The notes below the pieces were generated by a model. The model was not told where the DNA came from. It saw nothing but the letters and a program-made list of their open reading frames with translations, and ran no database searches. This document shows positions 23,901-36,536 of a stretch of 64,000 nucleotides of DNA, one piece after another (the stretch's first letter is position 1; the number at the start of each line of letters is the position of its first letter). The DNA is from Thalia democratica (taxonomy: Eukaryota): assembly GCA_965202585.1 (NCBI GenBank), contig OZ241831.1, positions 53,754,001 to 53,818,000 of the forward strand, in the 5' to 3' direction. Position numbers and translations under genes: made by a program.

Positions 23901-26450
23901 AACTTAACTTTACAGTAAAAAATAACATAAAACTTTAAAATTTAAGTTTATGACCAAGTTTCTTTTAATCAATCCAGAACTGCAACAACTACTTATAATT
24001 CTATTAAACGCCTTTCATTATTATATGTAATTAAAATAATATTAGCCTTGCAATTTTTTTTTATACATTTAAAGTATTTGGTAAAAATAGTTGAAGAGCT
24101 ACTTTAACGGAACAAATAAAATATATACTAATTATGAATAGACTAATTTACAGATTTTAAAGTAAATAATCTATTTTTCCATACACCCCTTGTGATTTAC
24201 AGACTGCAAAGCTGAATTAAAACTTGAGTTCGAGATTACTTTAAAGTCAGTTAGATTTTATTAACTCAAATTAAGAACAAGTAACTTTTACTTGTATATA
24301 TAAATGTTTTTTTGTAAATTAAGTGTTTTCATACTTCTGATTTTGATAAGTTTAGAAATTTTTTATTTAGTTTACGTTTACCATTAATTGACAAATATTT
24401 TACTTTTTTGTTTTATCCGGAGTATTTTTTAAAAACAATCTTTTAAACTTGATATATTTATTTTCAAGAAAAAATATTGATCTATACCATATTAAATGTT
24501 ATTTAAGTTTATATTTTATCACAAGAAAATCAATAATTTTTTTTTTAATATTTAATTTGATTTTTATTGAAAACGAAAGCTGTTTAATGTAGATAAGTCA
24601 CATTGTAAGCGATACAGTCAAAAGATATATAGTTTTGAAAAACATTCAAAATTTTTTTATATATTTTATTGCAGCAAATATCTCATAAATAAAAGCTTTA
24701 CTTCGAAATTTTCTAAAATATCAAAAAAATAAGTTCAGCCCAGCTGTTTTCTTTAAATTGGAGTTTTAGCTTATAATATTGGTTTGCGTTTCCTGTTAAA
24801 TACACGAATAAAAGGAATTTATAAAAAGTTACATCCTGGTTTTGAAGAAGATAGACAACAGATCAATAAATGATAATACCAAGCAATAAATAATACACAA
24901 AATAAACTGCCAAATTTAAAAACAGACGCTTTTGATCGATTTCTGTTTTTGCATGCTTATAAACAAAAAGTAAAGCATCTTTTTATGCTTGTGCTTAGTT
25001 TGTTTTAGCGGCATTAGCTTTTGTACAAAAACTTGGCTACAACTTTGTTTTCTAAAGCTTGAAAATGTATTTTATCAAAGCCATTACATTGTGGTTTGAT
25101 TTTATTCATGAGCTCTGTATGAGATTACTTCAAAATGCTACAGTAAAAAGTAACTTAGCAAAGCTTTTCAGCAAAAAATTATTTAAAAAAAGAAGTTTGA
25201 ACATTAGTTTTAAATAATTTCAAATAAGATAATTTATCGAATTACTTATTACACATAGCCAACATATGTCCGCTTAAAATACGCATACGTCAATAATGTA
25301 AAATGTTTATAACAAATAAGCAGTACTTGAAGTTTAAATTAATTAAAACTCGCCCCTGCAAATTCCTGCCAATAAACAGTCTGAATTTCGTTTGAAAGTG
25401 TCTGCTGTGTCACATAAGATTAATTGCACACACATTTTGTGATATTAAAGCCTCTTTTTTTTAGAGAGAATTATTTTCTGTTTATTATGGATAAACAACT
25501 GCGACAATGCGAATAAAGCAGCTTGTGTTTAACAATATACACTGTTTATAATGATCCAATTGCACACAATAAAGACTTAATCGAAAATTTATTGTTGTTA
25601 AGTGAACTAAATTTATGTTGTAATTTACAATAAAAAATTAATTTAATTTAATTTGCTATAGTTAGTTCGTTTTATTTTGAATGTAAGAAAAGTCTAAACT
25701 GTAAGTTTTAGTATAAAATTTTAAGTTAAACAAAGTTTTAGTATGCTTTTTAAATTGTTTTGTTGTTGTTTATAGTTTTTTAGAGTTCGTTCAATAAAAG
25801 TATGATTTTTAGTATTAAAAAGTCTTTTTTTTATTTTAAAATTTGTTTAAATATACTTGAAGAGTAACAAAAAATTTATATCATTATAAATAAATCATTT
25901 ACCTTTGCTTAATCAAAAAGGTTAGTTGTGTTTTAACGAAAATTTTTTGTATTTTAGCAATAAAAAGTTTTGCCAACAACTATAAACTACTAAAGAGTTA
26001 TTGTTTTCAATACACATAGGATATATTTAAATTTATCATGTGTTTTTTTAAACTGTACGTCAGACATACATTAATAGAAACAAACTTATTTAAAATAACA
26101 AAATTCTTATGTAATGTAAAAACGGTATATAGGTTGTAAAATGCTTACTTTGTTTCAAAAATAAATCCGTAAAAAGTTTGTATATAAATACACAGAAAAG
26201 TTTGCTTCTAAGCAGCTGCAAAATTGTAAAACTAAACACAATTTATTTCAAAGTTTTTTGATTCTTGCTTACAAAAGTTAACTCTTCAACTGTTCATATA
26301 AAAGATTTTTTAATAGGTTCGTAAACAGACTCATTTAAACTATTACAATTTTAAGTAAGAACTTTTAAATGCATAATAAACATAACCGTTTTTACTAAAA
26401 ACGTTTAATTTACTAAAACTTTAAACTTCTAACAGTATAAATAATAAATA

Positions 26451-26616
26451 ATGGGAGGAAAGTCGTCTTGTTGTATCGAGCCTGAAGAGATGAGATCCCT
26501 GACTGAGGAGACGGGATTTTCTTCCAGGAAATTAAACGAGTTGTACTTCAGGTTCCAATCCCTGGACAACGAAGGAAAGGGATACTTGAACCGGGAAGAC
26601 CTCATGAAAGTTGAAG
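26451..26616 (+). CDS. CHP: Calcineurin B homologous protein, exon 1 of 3
   Basis: MGGKSSCCIEPEEMRSLTEETGFSSRKLNELYFRFQSLDNEGKGYLNREDLMKVE aligns to the CHP N-terminus (ETGFS...LY.RF.SLD). GT donor at 26617, phase 1. Confidence 0.93.
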
Positions 26617-26939
26617 GTTTTTTATTGTTGTTGAAAATTTTTGGTTGTTTGTGAATTTTTGCCATAACCAAAGTAAGACAATTAAGTATTAGAATTATGT
26701 ACACTGCTAAGCTAAGATATAATTAGCTACATATGTTTATAAACTTTAAAATGCAAACTAAAAACTTTTTGTCAAACTTTTTATTTTCGTTTATGTTAGA
26801 GATTTGCATTTTTTAATTATGTACGGTTTATGAAAGCTCTTATTACTGCAAAGTAACTAGCTAAGCAAAAATATAAATTAAAGACTTCAATTTAGATGAT
26901 GTATAAAGATTAAACAAACTATCTATTTTAATCAACCAG

Positions 26940-27165
26940 GACTCAGCATCAACCCGCTCGCCGACCGGATATCCGACTCGTTCTTCGAAGGCAAACGCTC
27001 GTTGGACTTCCGAGGCTTTGTGACGTCACTGTCGACGTTTCAACCGGCGAGGAAGGGGAAGTACGAGATGAACGGGAGGGAGAGGAAGTTGAAGTTCTTG
27101 TTCTCCATGTACGACACCAACGGCAAGGGAGTCATCAGGAAGGACAACGTGGTGGAAATTATCAG
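26940..27165 (+). CDS. CHP: Calcineurin B homologous protein, exon 2 of 3
   Basis: AG acceptor at 26938-39. Reads GLSINPLADRISDSFFEGKRSLDFRGFVTSLSTFQP...RERKLKFLFSMYDTNGKGVIRKDNVVEIIR. GT donor at 27166, phase 2. Confidence 0.93.
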
Positions 27166-29821
27166 GTGGGTGTGACGTCATACTTAGATAATATCAGATG
27201 TGATAAGTCATTATTGTGAAAAGATCAAGTGTAAAGTATAATAATTTAGTCACAAAAAAAGATAGGTTAGCTAAACTATTATTGTGTAATATAAAATAAT
27301 TTTTCTTTATGCCATTAGTTAAATAAGTCTTATCAGTACAATTGTACAATAAAAATTTGATCGTAATTATTATGCATTGTTTTCGGTTTACTTTATTTAC
27401 AATAAAACCCTGTTAACCCTAAATTTCACGTTTTGTAGTAATAAGCATAGAAAAGTAAAATTTAATCTAATAAAACATAATTAACCGTAAAAAACCAAAA
27501 TTTAAACATGCCACATACTTTTATTAACAACATTATATTTATCTAGTTTACTTTTTTTTTTACTTTTATAGCCAATTTTTAAAGTTAAAAGCTAAATTTA
27601 AACTAATTAACGGTTTTAAAGAACTTAAGAAACAAATTTATACGTTTCAAAGTATCATTTTTAAGTTATTTCTTAAAACTATTTTTCTGCCTACAAGCTA
27701 CTATACTGTTTAATCTTTTTTTTTATTAATTTTTATATATTTTGTTAAAGTTTAAGGCTAAACAGTATAAATTTTATTTAAAAGTAAAGACATGTTAAAA
27801 TAATTTGCCAATAAAAAACATCTTAACTTGATCATTAAAAAGACTAAGCATCAGAACAGTAGTTTTTATTTAATTAGTATTACAAAACCAAACAGATTTA
27901 TTATTAATAATCTATTGTAAGCTTATTCAGTATTTCAGCTTTCATCGGTTGTAAAAAGTTAAAATCTCATATATAAAACTTATACGATTAAAATGTCTTT
28001 TTTTGGTAATCATATCAAAAATTATTTTGATTAAGCTTTTGAAAATATTAGAACATTTTTAGTAATTTAAACAGATCTTTATGAAATAATTTATTAAGTT
28101 TCACAGAGAGTTAATAGTCTTTCATATTAAAATGCGTTATCTTTAAGAAAATTATACTCCTAGTAAAAATTAATTTAAAAAATTTTGCTCTAATGTTGCC
28201 TAAACTTTAAGTATAAGTTCATTTTAATTACATCTGCAATAATAGTATTTAGGAAGCTCTTATCTTTATAATTGAAGTAATAGTATGATATGGTATAACC
28301 TCAAGTTTGTTGTATATAAATTTCAATTGTTGTATAAAAATTGAATATTCAAACAACGTTTTTGTTTTTCAGTTTGACATTTTGACATGTAAAATAGGTT
28401 TTCATGTGTTAATAAAACAAATAAAACATGATATATTTAATAAAATAAAGTATTTATATTAAGCAAAGATAGACAAAAAGATTTATTTAAGTTTCTTTTT
28501 TGTTTTTGGATAAATAATTTCTAACCATAGTTTTTTTTCTTAATGACTGTTATGTTTTATATAAACCAAGTTTATTTAACTATTTTACTGCAAAAACTTT
28601 TTGATAACAAACTTAAACTTCTGCTCACAAACTGTTATAGTCAAAAATTATGCCAATAATAAACTTGTTTAAACTCTCCGTTAATAACACTACAAATATA
28701 AACTAAAATAAACTAAAAAAAAAGCTTATAACAAAATATTAGAACTTATGATTCTTTTTGCTGATCAAATACTTGTTTACTACAGTATTTACAATATCTT
28801 AAAACTCAATTTACAAGCTTTTGTTTATATTTTTCCAACTAGCACAACGTTAACTTTGAATATAAAATTAGATGTAGATTTCAGCATAAACTTCTAGTTT
28901 AAGTTGTTATTATTTAAAATATTAAAAATATAGCTGTTGTAAACCAAACAAACTAATTTTGTGTATTTTGTCATTTTTCTCACTAACTTTAACTGCTAGT
29001 ATTTAAAAAGACATTTTTTATTTTAGTATAAATAGTCTAATTTATAAACATTAAAACATTATAAACAAAAACAAACCTCATATAGCTTTAAATTAGTATT
29101 AATAATTTTGGCATATAGAAATTAGTTATTTTTAAAATTGAATAAAAACAAATTTGCACTTAAAAGATTTTAGTAAAAATAAGATTCTGGTTCATAAGTG
29201 TGCCTTATTTATTATGGTCTAAAAACTACAATACTGTTATTAATTTAAACATTATGGTTCTTTTTGGAAGCAGAAACTAAACATGTATTTTATTCTTAGT
29301 ATGACAGTTTTATGTCATAAACCATTACAACTTGAAAAACGACAGGTTTTGAAAGTCATCATTATAATTAACCAAAAGCTAAAAAACATGCAATTAAATT
29401 TTTATAAGTGAAACAACTACTTTCACATGACCAAAATCTTACAAAAACACTTATAAATATTTTTACCACCTTAAAAATCAACAAATTTTTTCATCTAAAA
29501 CAACTACTTCTCATAAGTTAATAAACAAACTTTCTAGTTAGCACTTGTTTTTCACTTTATACCAATAACCAAAGTTTTCTACATTTTTACATGTTGTAAA
29601 GCTCTTGTACTTATTCTAATCAGTCTATCTTAAATCAATGACTCGTTAATCTCATGTGGTTCCTTAAATAAAAATATTTGTTTAATTACTTTGTTAGTTC
29701 ATAAATTGTAACAGGAAAATAATATATCCATAGTTACTAATTATTTAATTTAATTTGTGGTGGTAGTAAATTTTTTTTTTCATTTTATATCGTAATTTAT
29801 ATTATATTTATTAACCCTTAG

Positions 29822-29987
29822 AATGATGGTGGGAGTGGACACGGATCAGGAGATGGTTAAGAACATGGCTGAGAGGATCATCCTGGATAGTTCCCCGTTG
29901 AGCAGGGAGATCACGTATGACGAGTTCAAAATGATCATGAATGACGTCACTATTGAAACCCAGATGAGCGTCAAGTTCCACACGTGA
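29822..29987 (+). CDS. CHP: Calcineurin B homologous protein, exon 3 of 3
   Basis: AG acceptor at 29820-21. Reads MMVGVDTDQEMVKNMAERIILDSSPLSREITYDEFKMIMNDVTIETQMSVKFHT*. Splice phases are consistent and give a 558-nt CDS (185 aa). Confidence 0.93.
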
Positions 29988-31014
29988 TATGTGACGTAAC
30001 ATGTTCCACACGTGATCTGTGATTTCATTGTCGTGACGCAATAATCTTGATTACGTCATAATGTTATTGATCTCCCGATTACGTAATTGTTTTTAAGAGC
30101 TCCTCGATTTGGTACATTGAGGAATTTTTTTCAAAAATTTTAGGTAATTTGTTTAGACTTGTTTTTGAAACTATTTATATCCGTAAAATATGTTAATATT
30201 TTCTTTTTGTTTATAAAAATTTTTTTATTTAAATACTATATGCCGTTTTTTGTTAAACATTAATACTGTTTTCAAACTTAGAGTAGAGACAAAATATTTA
30301 TTTTACCATTTTTATACTATATGTTTTGTAACTAATTTATAAGAGTTTAATTACTATTTAAGTATTTTTTACATAATTTTTAACTTCTTTTATATGAATA
30401 CTTTACTTTTTCTCAGATTATTTTTTAAACGATACATTTATACTTTTTGTCACAAACTTTTGAAATTCAAAGTTTCCTAAACATACCAATTTGACTTTTG
30501 ATTAAAGTTGTACAAATTATCTTGTATACATAAACATCCAAAACTTTTATAACTCAATATTTATTACCGCGTACTTTTTTATCGACAATAAAATTTTCCT
30601 AAATTGTTTTTACAAGAATTTTTCCCACATACAAAAGCAAACCGTAGCAAAAGATTAGAAGAAAAGTTAATTTGGAAAATTTTCGACGTTTACAAAAAAC
30701 CGCAACTTATAAATAATTAATTAGTTTTAATGGCAGTCAATTTGCCTTGTAATGAGGACAAAAACTGGCTTTATAGTCTTTTTATTGTTTGTTATTACAT
30801 CAAAGCAGAACTTCGTTTAAACTATAACTAACTATAAATAAAATAACTATTTTAAAATTTTTTTAGTTAAATGATTCTCTTTGGTAATATTAAAAAATAT
30901 GTATACAAAAAAATTGAAAATTTCAAACTTAAAATTTTTCAATAGAGTTACGAACTAAAGAGTATAAATTTTAATTATATCGCATAATAATTTTTGCATA
31001 TTATTGTTTTCCGT

Positions 31015-34000
31015 CTAATTTTGTGTATTAAAGGCGTTAATATTTTAATTGACACAAGAATTTATTCGTGCTTTAACCTATCTTTTTGTCCTTTTGAATT
31101 CCTTAAATCTATTTTGTGGTTAGAGAATATTAACGCCTAGCCTTGTTTGTAAAGGGGTTAAAATTGAGTTGATAAAAAATATTTACTTATTTTTGTATGT
31201 ATATTGAACCATAACTTAAAGTGTCAAAGTTTTTTCTGTAATGATTAAAATAACAGTAAGAAAACTTTTTAAGTTCAGAAACAGTAAGCCAAAAAGGTAT
31301 GCATAATAGCATGATATTGGTAGAATTCATATTTTATGAAAATTTAATTCAACTTGACTTTATCGGCTTCTAGTCAAAACTCAATATAATTATTTTGACC
31401 TCAACAATAAGCTTTTGTCATGTGAAAGTTTTCAGCTTTTATATTATTGACTTGTTATAAAGTTTTCAATGTTTTTAGTTTTCTATTTTCTCTACGACTA
31501 TTATCTATAAAAGTTTTAATGCTGCTTGTTAGACTTTTCATATAGTATTTCTTACCATTTTTAAAATAGATTCGTCTTTTTACTAATAGATATGATAAGT
31601 AAAATACTTTAGACTAAAGTGCCTATTAATATTGTAAAATTTGGTAAAGTAATTATACTCTTAAACTTATTAAAAAAAACTACAAAAATTATACGGTCTG
31701 TAATTTTTTACATAACAGTATGTTAAAAGTATAACAAATTAGTTTTAATAATTTTTACAATATAAAGTGCTTAATAAGATGACTTCATTTCTTTAAAACC
31801 TGATGAAACCTTGATTTTTATCAAATCAGTGTAATAAAGTTTATGTTTTATTGTTTGTTTAAATACATACAGTTTTTGAGCTGTGTTGAAAAATAAAAAT
31901 AAAACTATTCATTAATTTTAATTTAAACTTAAACAATTAGTTGTAAGTGTAGTTAAAATTAATTCAAACTCTTTAAACATTTTTATTTTACGTTAGCACA
32001 GTATCCACATGAAAGTATTGTATAGTTTTTAATTAAATTTTCTACTTATGGAATAATTTTTAAGTTTTCAGTTTTTGTTTGCACTAAATAAATCCAGATT
32101 CAAAACAATTAGTTATTTCAACTTGTTACACTTTTTTTCAATAACAAGGCTTATTTATTTAAAACTTTATATTCAGCAAAAAAAACAATACACAGTTGAA
32201 AAAAAGCATGCAATTAACTGTATACATAATGTCAATACAATTATGCAGTATACCCATAGCTGACAGGATGGCTTAATTTGAAGTTTGTAATCAATTAATG
32301 CAGTATATCATTTTTTCTGTTTTTTATTGACAAGTTGTGTGTTTTAAAGAGCATTTACATTAACAATTGTTTAATGATAAATACTGACTTAACTTTATTT
32401 AATTTATTATTCAGTTTCAACAGCTGCTAAATAACGGATAGGTTTGAATTTAAGCTTGTTTTGTTTTCAGTTAACAGTTTATACTAATTTAAATATAAGT
32501 AAAAGATTATTTTACAAAAACGAAAATGCTCAAAAATAATTTGTCTTAGTACTCGGTTGCACGGAACTACCTCTCGGTCATGAAGTCGTACACCATGTAT
32601 ATAGCTAGCTTAAGTATTTATAGTCTCAAACATTATATTTTATAAAACTAGCTTTCCTTTTGCTAATTTTTTTTGTTTATGTAATAAGACTAGTAAAAAG
32701 TTTTTAAATACACTCCCATTCTATTCACATAAAAAAAAAATTATGGGCATAAAAACGTGTTTTGTGATTTGTTTAGTATCTGTCTATGAACTAAATTACC
32801 TGATAGAAGGTAATTAAGTCATGTAAAATTTTAAAGTTAACCTAAAATCATATTCATCAACTTATAAAAACATTTATACTTGAAACAATTGTCACAAGTT
32901 TAATTAATTAAACAAATAGAGTCTAAGTACACAAAAAAGCTGAAATTTATCTTATCGTATTTGTTTTAAAAAGAATTAGTTTGACTACTACTAAAACCAA
33001 CGAATCCTAAAACAACAATTTCTGAATTCTAGCTGTTCACAAAATCTTAATATAATTTCTAAACAAAATCATACAAAGTAGAAAATAACAGATTTAAAGT
33101 TTATCTATTTTACTTTAGTTAAATAATTATAAATTTTTTAAATTATTTAAAGTACAGCTTTAGTTATTTGAATTAGTTTCGTTCTGTTTTTTTTTCTACT
33201 TTTATAAAAAAAAGTTTTTAAAAAATTATTGTTAAAATATCAGGTGTGACTTAATTATTGTAAATTTATCAGGTGTGCTACGTCATAGATATAAGTTGCC
33301 GGTAGTGACGTAATAAATAGAAACTTTTAGGCTTGTTACGTCGTGATTGTGTTAAAAAAATTATATAGTTTCTGGGCTCTGAACCCTATTTTAATTTTTC
33401 AACTTAAATAAATGGTTTTTTTGTTTTGTGTTTTTAAAATTATAGTTTTTTAACTTACTTTAAAAGGAGTGGTTGGCTAAATTATAAAAGTATAAAAGAA
33501 TAACCATTTTCTTTTAAGAAATAAATCACGAATTTAAAAACTAACCTAACCAGTAGAAAAACGAACCAGTAGAATTCAAAATATGATCATAATTAGCACA
33601 CTTTGTTTGGTTTATTTACTTAAAGTTAAACCCTGATAAACCTTAACACCCAAAGTTTCAGATATTGTATTGGTAAGCACAAAATAGTAACATTTAATTT
33701 AATAAAAAGGGTATAAACTGTAATCATAACGCAGTTTAATTTTGACATATGGTCTGTATCTACTTGTTATCTAATACTGTGTATTAAAGACGTTAACTTT
33801 TAATATTTTAATTGACATAAAAATGTATTCGTGCTTAAACCTTACTTATTTTTTACTTTTGAATTCCTTTTTATCTATTTACGGTTAAAGAATGTTAAAG
33901 CGAATGTTGTTAGCCTTGTTTGTAAAGAAAGGGATTAAATTGCAGTTGATAAAAAATATTTACTTAATTTTATATGTATATTAAACCATAACCTAAAGTA

Positions 34001-36470
34001 TCAAAGCTATTTCTGTAATGATTAAAATAACAGTAAGAAAACTTTTTAAGTTCAGAAACAGTAAGCCAAAAAGGTATGCATAATAGCATAATATTGGTAG
34101 AGTTCATATTTTATGAAAATTTAATTCAACTCAAATTTAACGGCATCCAGCCTAAAATCAATACAATAATTTGACCTAAAAATATACTTTTATCATGCCA
34201 AAACTTTCAGCTTTTTATTATAATAATTTTTTTTTTAATTTTGAATGTATTTAGTTTTCTATTATTTCTACGAATTTTATCTATAAATGTTTTAATTCAG
34301 TTCGTATCTTTTTTAAGCAAAATTTTATAGTTTATTGTTTAATGTGCTTTTTTTTCTAAAAATGCTTGAATTAAAGTACCTACTAGTAATGTAAGTTTTA
34401 AATAACTTTTCATACAAAACTAATTTTAACAAAGAAATATCGAAGTTATAAGGCCTGTAGACTCTTACATAACAATATATAAAAAATTTAACAGCTTTAT
34501 CTTAGTTCTTCTGTAAGAATACTTATTTTGAGCATAATCGTAAAAGATTAATGTAAAAAGGTTTGTGTTTTTTTAACTGTTTTATTAAAAAGTTTTTTAG
34601 TCGTGATACAAAATAAAACTAATTCAGATCATTATTGATAATTTAAATATTAATAATTACTTCTATATGTAGGTTAACTGTAAATAATTAGTTGTAAATA
34701 TAATTAAATGAGTATTTTGGTCTTTTGCATCGTATCTTGTCGTCAACTGTAAAAAAATTAAACTTAAAAAATTTTAAGTTTTCATGTGCACAGTGTTTAC
34801 ATAACAAATTTATATAGTACTTAAGTAAATGTTTTACTGATGGAACAAATTTAATGCTTAACTCTTATTTCCACTAACTAAATTTATATCCGAAACAAAT
34901 AATCATTTAAACTTGCTACTTCATTTTTCAATAATAAGATTTGTTTGTTTAGAACTTTATTACTCAGCAAAAAAAAAACAATACACAGTTGAATGACACT
35001 AATTGAAAAAGCATGCAATTAATTATAAACATATTGTCAATAAAATTTATGTAGTATATCCATAGATGACTGGTTGGCTTAGCTTTTTAATCAATTAATG
35101 CTGTATATCATAAAATTGCTTTTTTTATTTCTTTTTTTGATTTAGACTTCAAACTGAATTTATGATAAAGTTTATTTTTTAACTAATTAGTTTTACTTAA
35201 TGTTGTTTAATTTATTGCGCAGTTTAAACAGCTACTAAAAGTTATGCATCTTAGCTCGGTTTGTGTTTACTGTTTAAAGTACTTGGTACTTATTTAAAGT
35301 AAAGTTTAATATAAAATACCATTATAAAAAAAACTCTCTAAAACCATAATAATTCAATATTAAACTTAGGTTTTGTTAAACTTTTATATAAAAAAGTAAA
35401 GACTAGTAAAAAATGTTTAAATACACTTTATTTTACTAACAATTTAACAACAAACTTTTTTTTTTGTACATGAAGTAATGTTCTGTTGTTTTTTTTATTT
35501 TTTGCTAATGAACAACTGGGAGAAAGCAGTTTAAATACTTGAAATATCAAAAAGCACTTACATTAGCTAAATAAAAAAGAAAACTAGCTAAAATTTTTGT
35601 AATAAGTTTCAAAATAAACGCATACTGACTTAGTAGAAAAAAGTAATGTAATTTAATTCAACATAACTACCTAATAAGTTTAGTTTAACTACTAGTACTA
35701 TAAGCTTAGACTTTAAAGCGTTCTAAATTTTAGCTGTTTGAAACCTCTCAAAGTTGCACGAGGGCACAAAATTGCACGAAGACAATTTTGCACCAAAGGT
35801 TAATCTTGCACGACTTACAGTTTTGCAAGAGAGAAAAAAAAAAAAAACAGAAATAAAAATATATGAAAAATAAACAGAAAAAAATACTTAAAGAGAAATT
35901 GATAAACAACAAAACGAAAAAAAAGTTACTGACCGAGGGTAAGGGTTATGGGTAACAGTGATAGTGAAAATGAAAAAAATAAAATAAGTGATTAAAATCA
36001 TTATTTAAAAAAATAAATAAACAAAAGTTAAATAGTTAAAGTGAAAAAAAGCGACCGACCGAGGGTAAATGTTAGGGGTAAAAGTGATAGTAAAAAAAAC
36101 TAAATTAAAATAAAAAGATTAAAAATAATATTTTTTTTAAATATATATCCCTTGCATAAATATCTCCGTTCGAAATTGTCTGCTCGTGCAAAAGTGACCC
36201 TTCGTACAATTTTATCGTCGTTCAATATTATCCCCTCGTGCAAAAGTGTCTTCGTGTAAAAATATATTCGTGCTGTTTTGTCTCCTCGCGAAATTTTTTA
36301 CGTTCTTGCAAATTTGACAGCTATCCCTCAAAATAGTTGTTTAACAATATCATACAACATTAAATTAACCATAATTATGTATAATTAACTGTGAAATACT
36401 TAGAAATACATACTAGTAGGAGACTAATTTAGTTCTTTGAATTACTTTTGTTAAGGTTTTTTTTTATCTT
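31015..36470 (+). repeat. Old tandem duplication (~31015-33200 vs ~33770-36470)
   Basis: Collinear anchors 31050/33812, 31235/34010, 32190/34980, 32690/35400, 33030/35730, 33160/36430. The second copy is interrupted by the 35750-36327 element. Confidence 0.8.
35750..36327. mobile_element. Non-autonomous DNA transposon with TTGCACG subterminal arrays
   Basis: TTGCACG repeats at the left, CGTGCAA repeats at the right, right terminus AATTTGACAGCTATCCC. The left terminus is degenerate. Internal GACCGAGGGTAAGGGTTA repeats. Confidence 0.7.
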
Positions 36471-36536
36471 ACTTGTTTACAAAAAGTAATGAAGAAAAAG
36501 TTGGTTTAGTGTTCTTTTTTATTTCGTACTTTAAAC

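Noticed and set aside
26429-30041. Minus-strand ORFs 26429-26704, 29811-30041 and 29846-30028
   Set aside because: Antisense shadows of GC-rich CHP exons.
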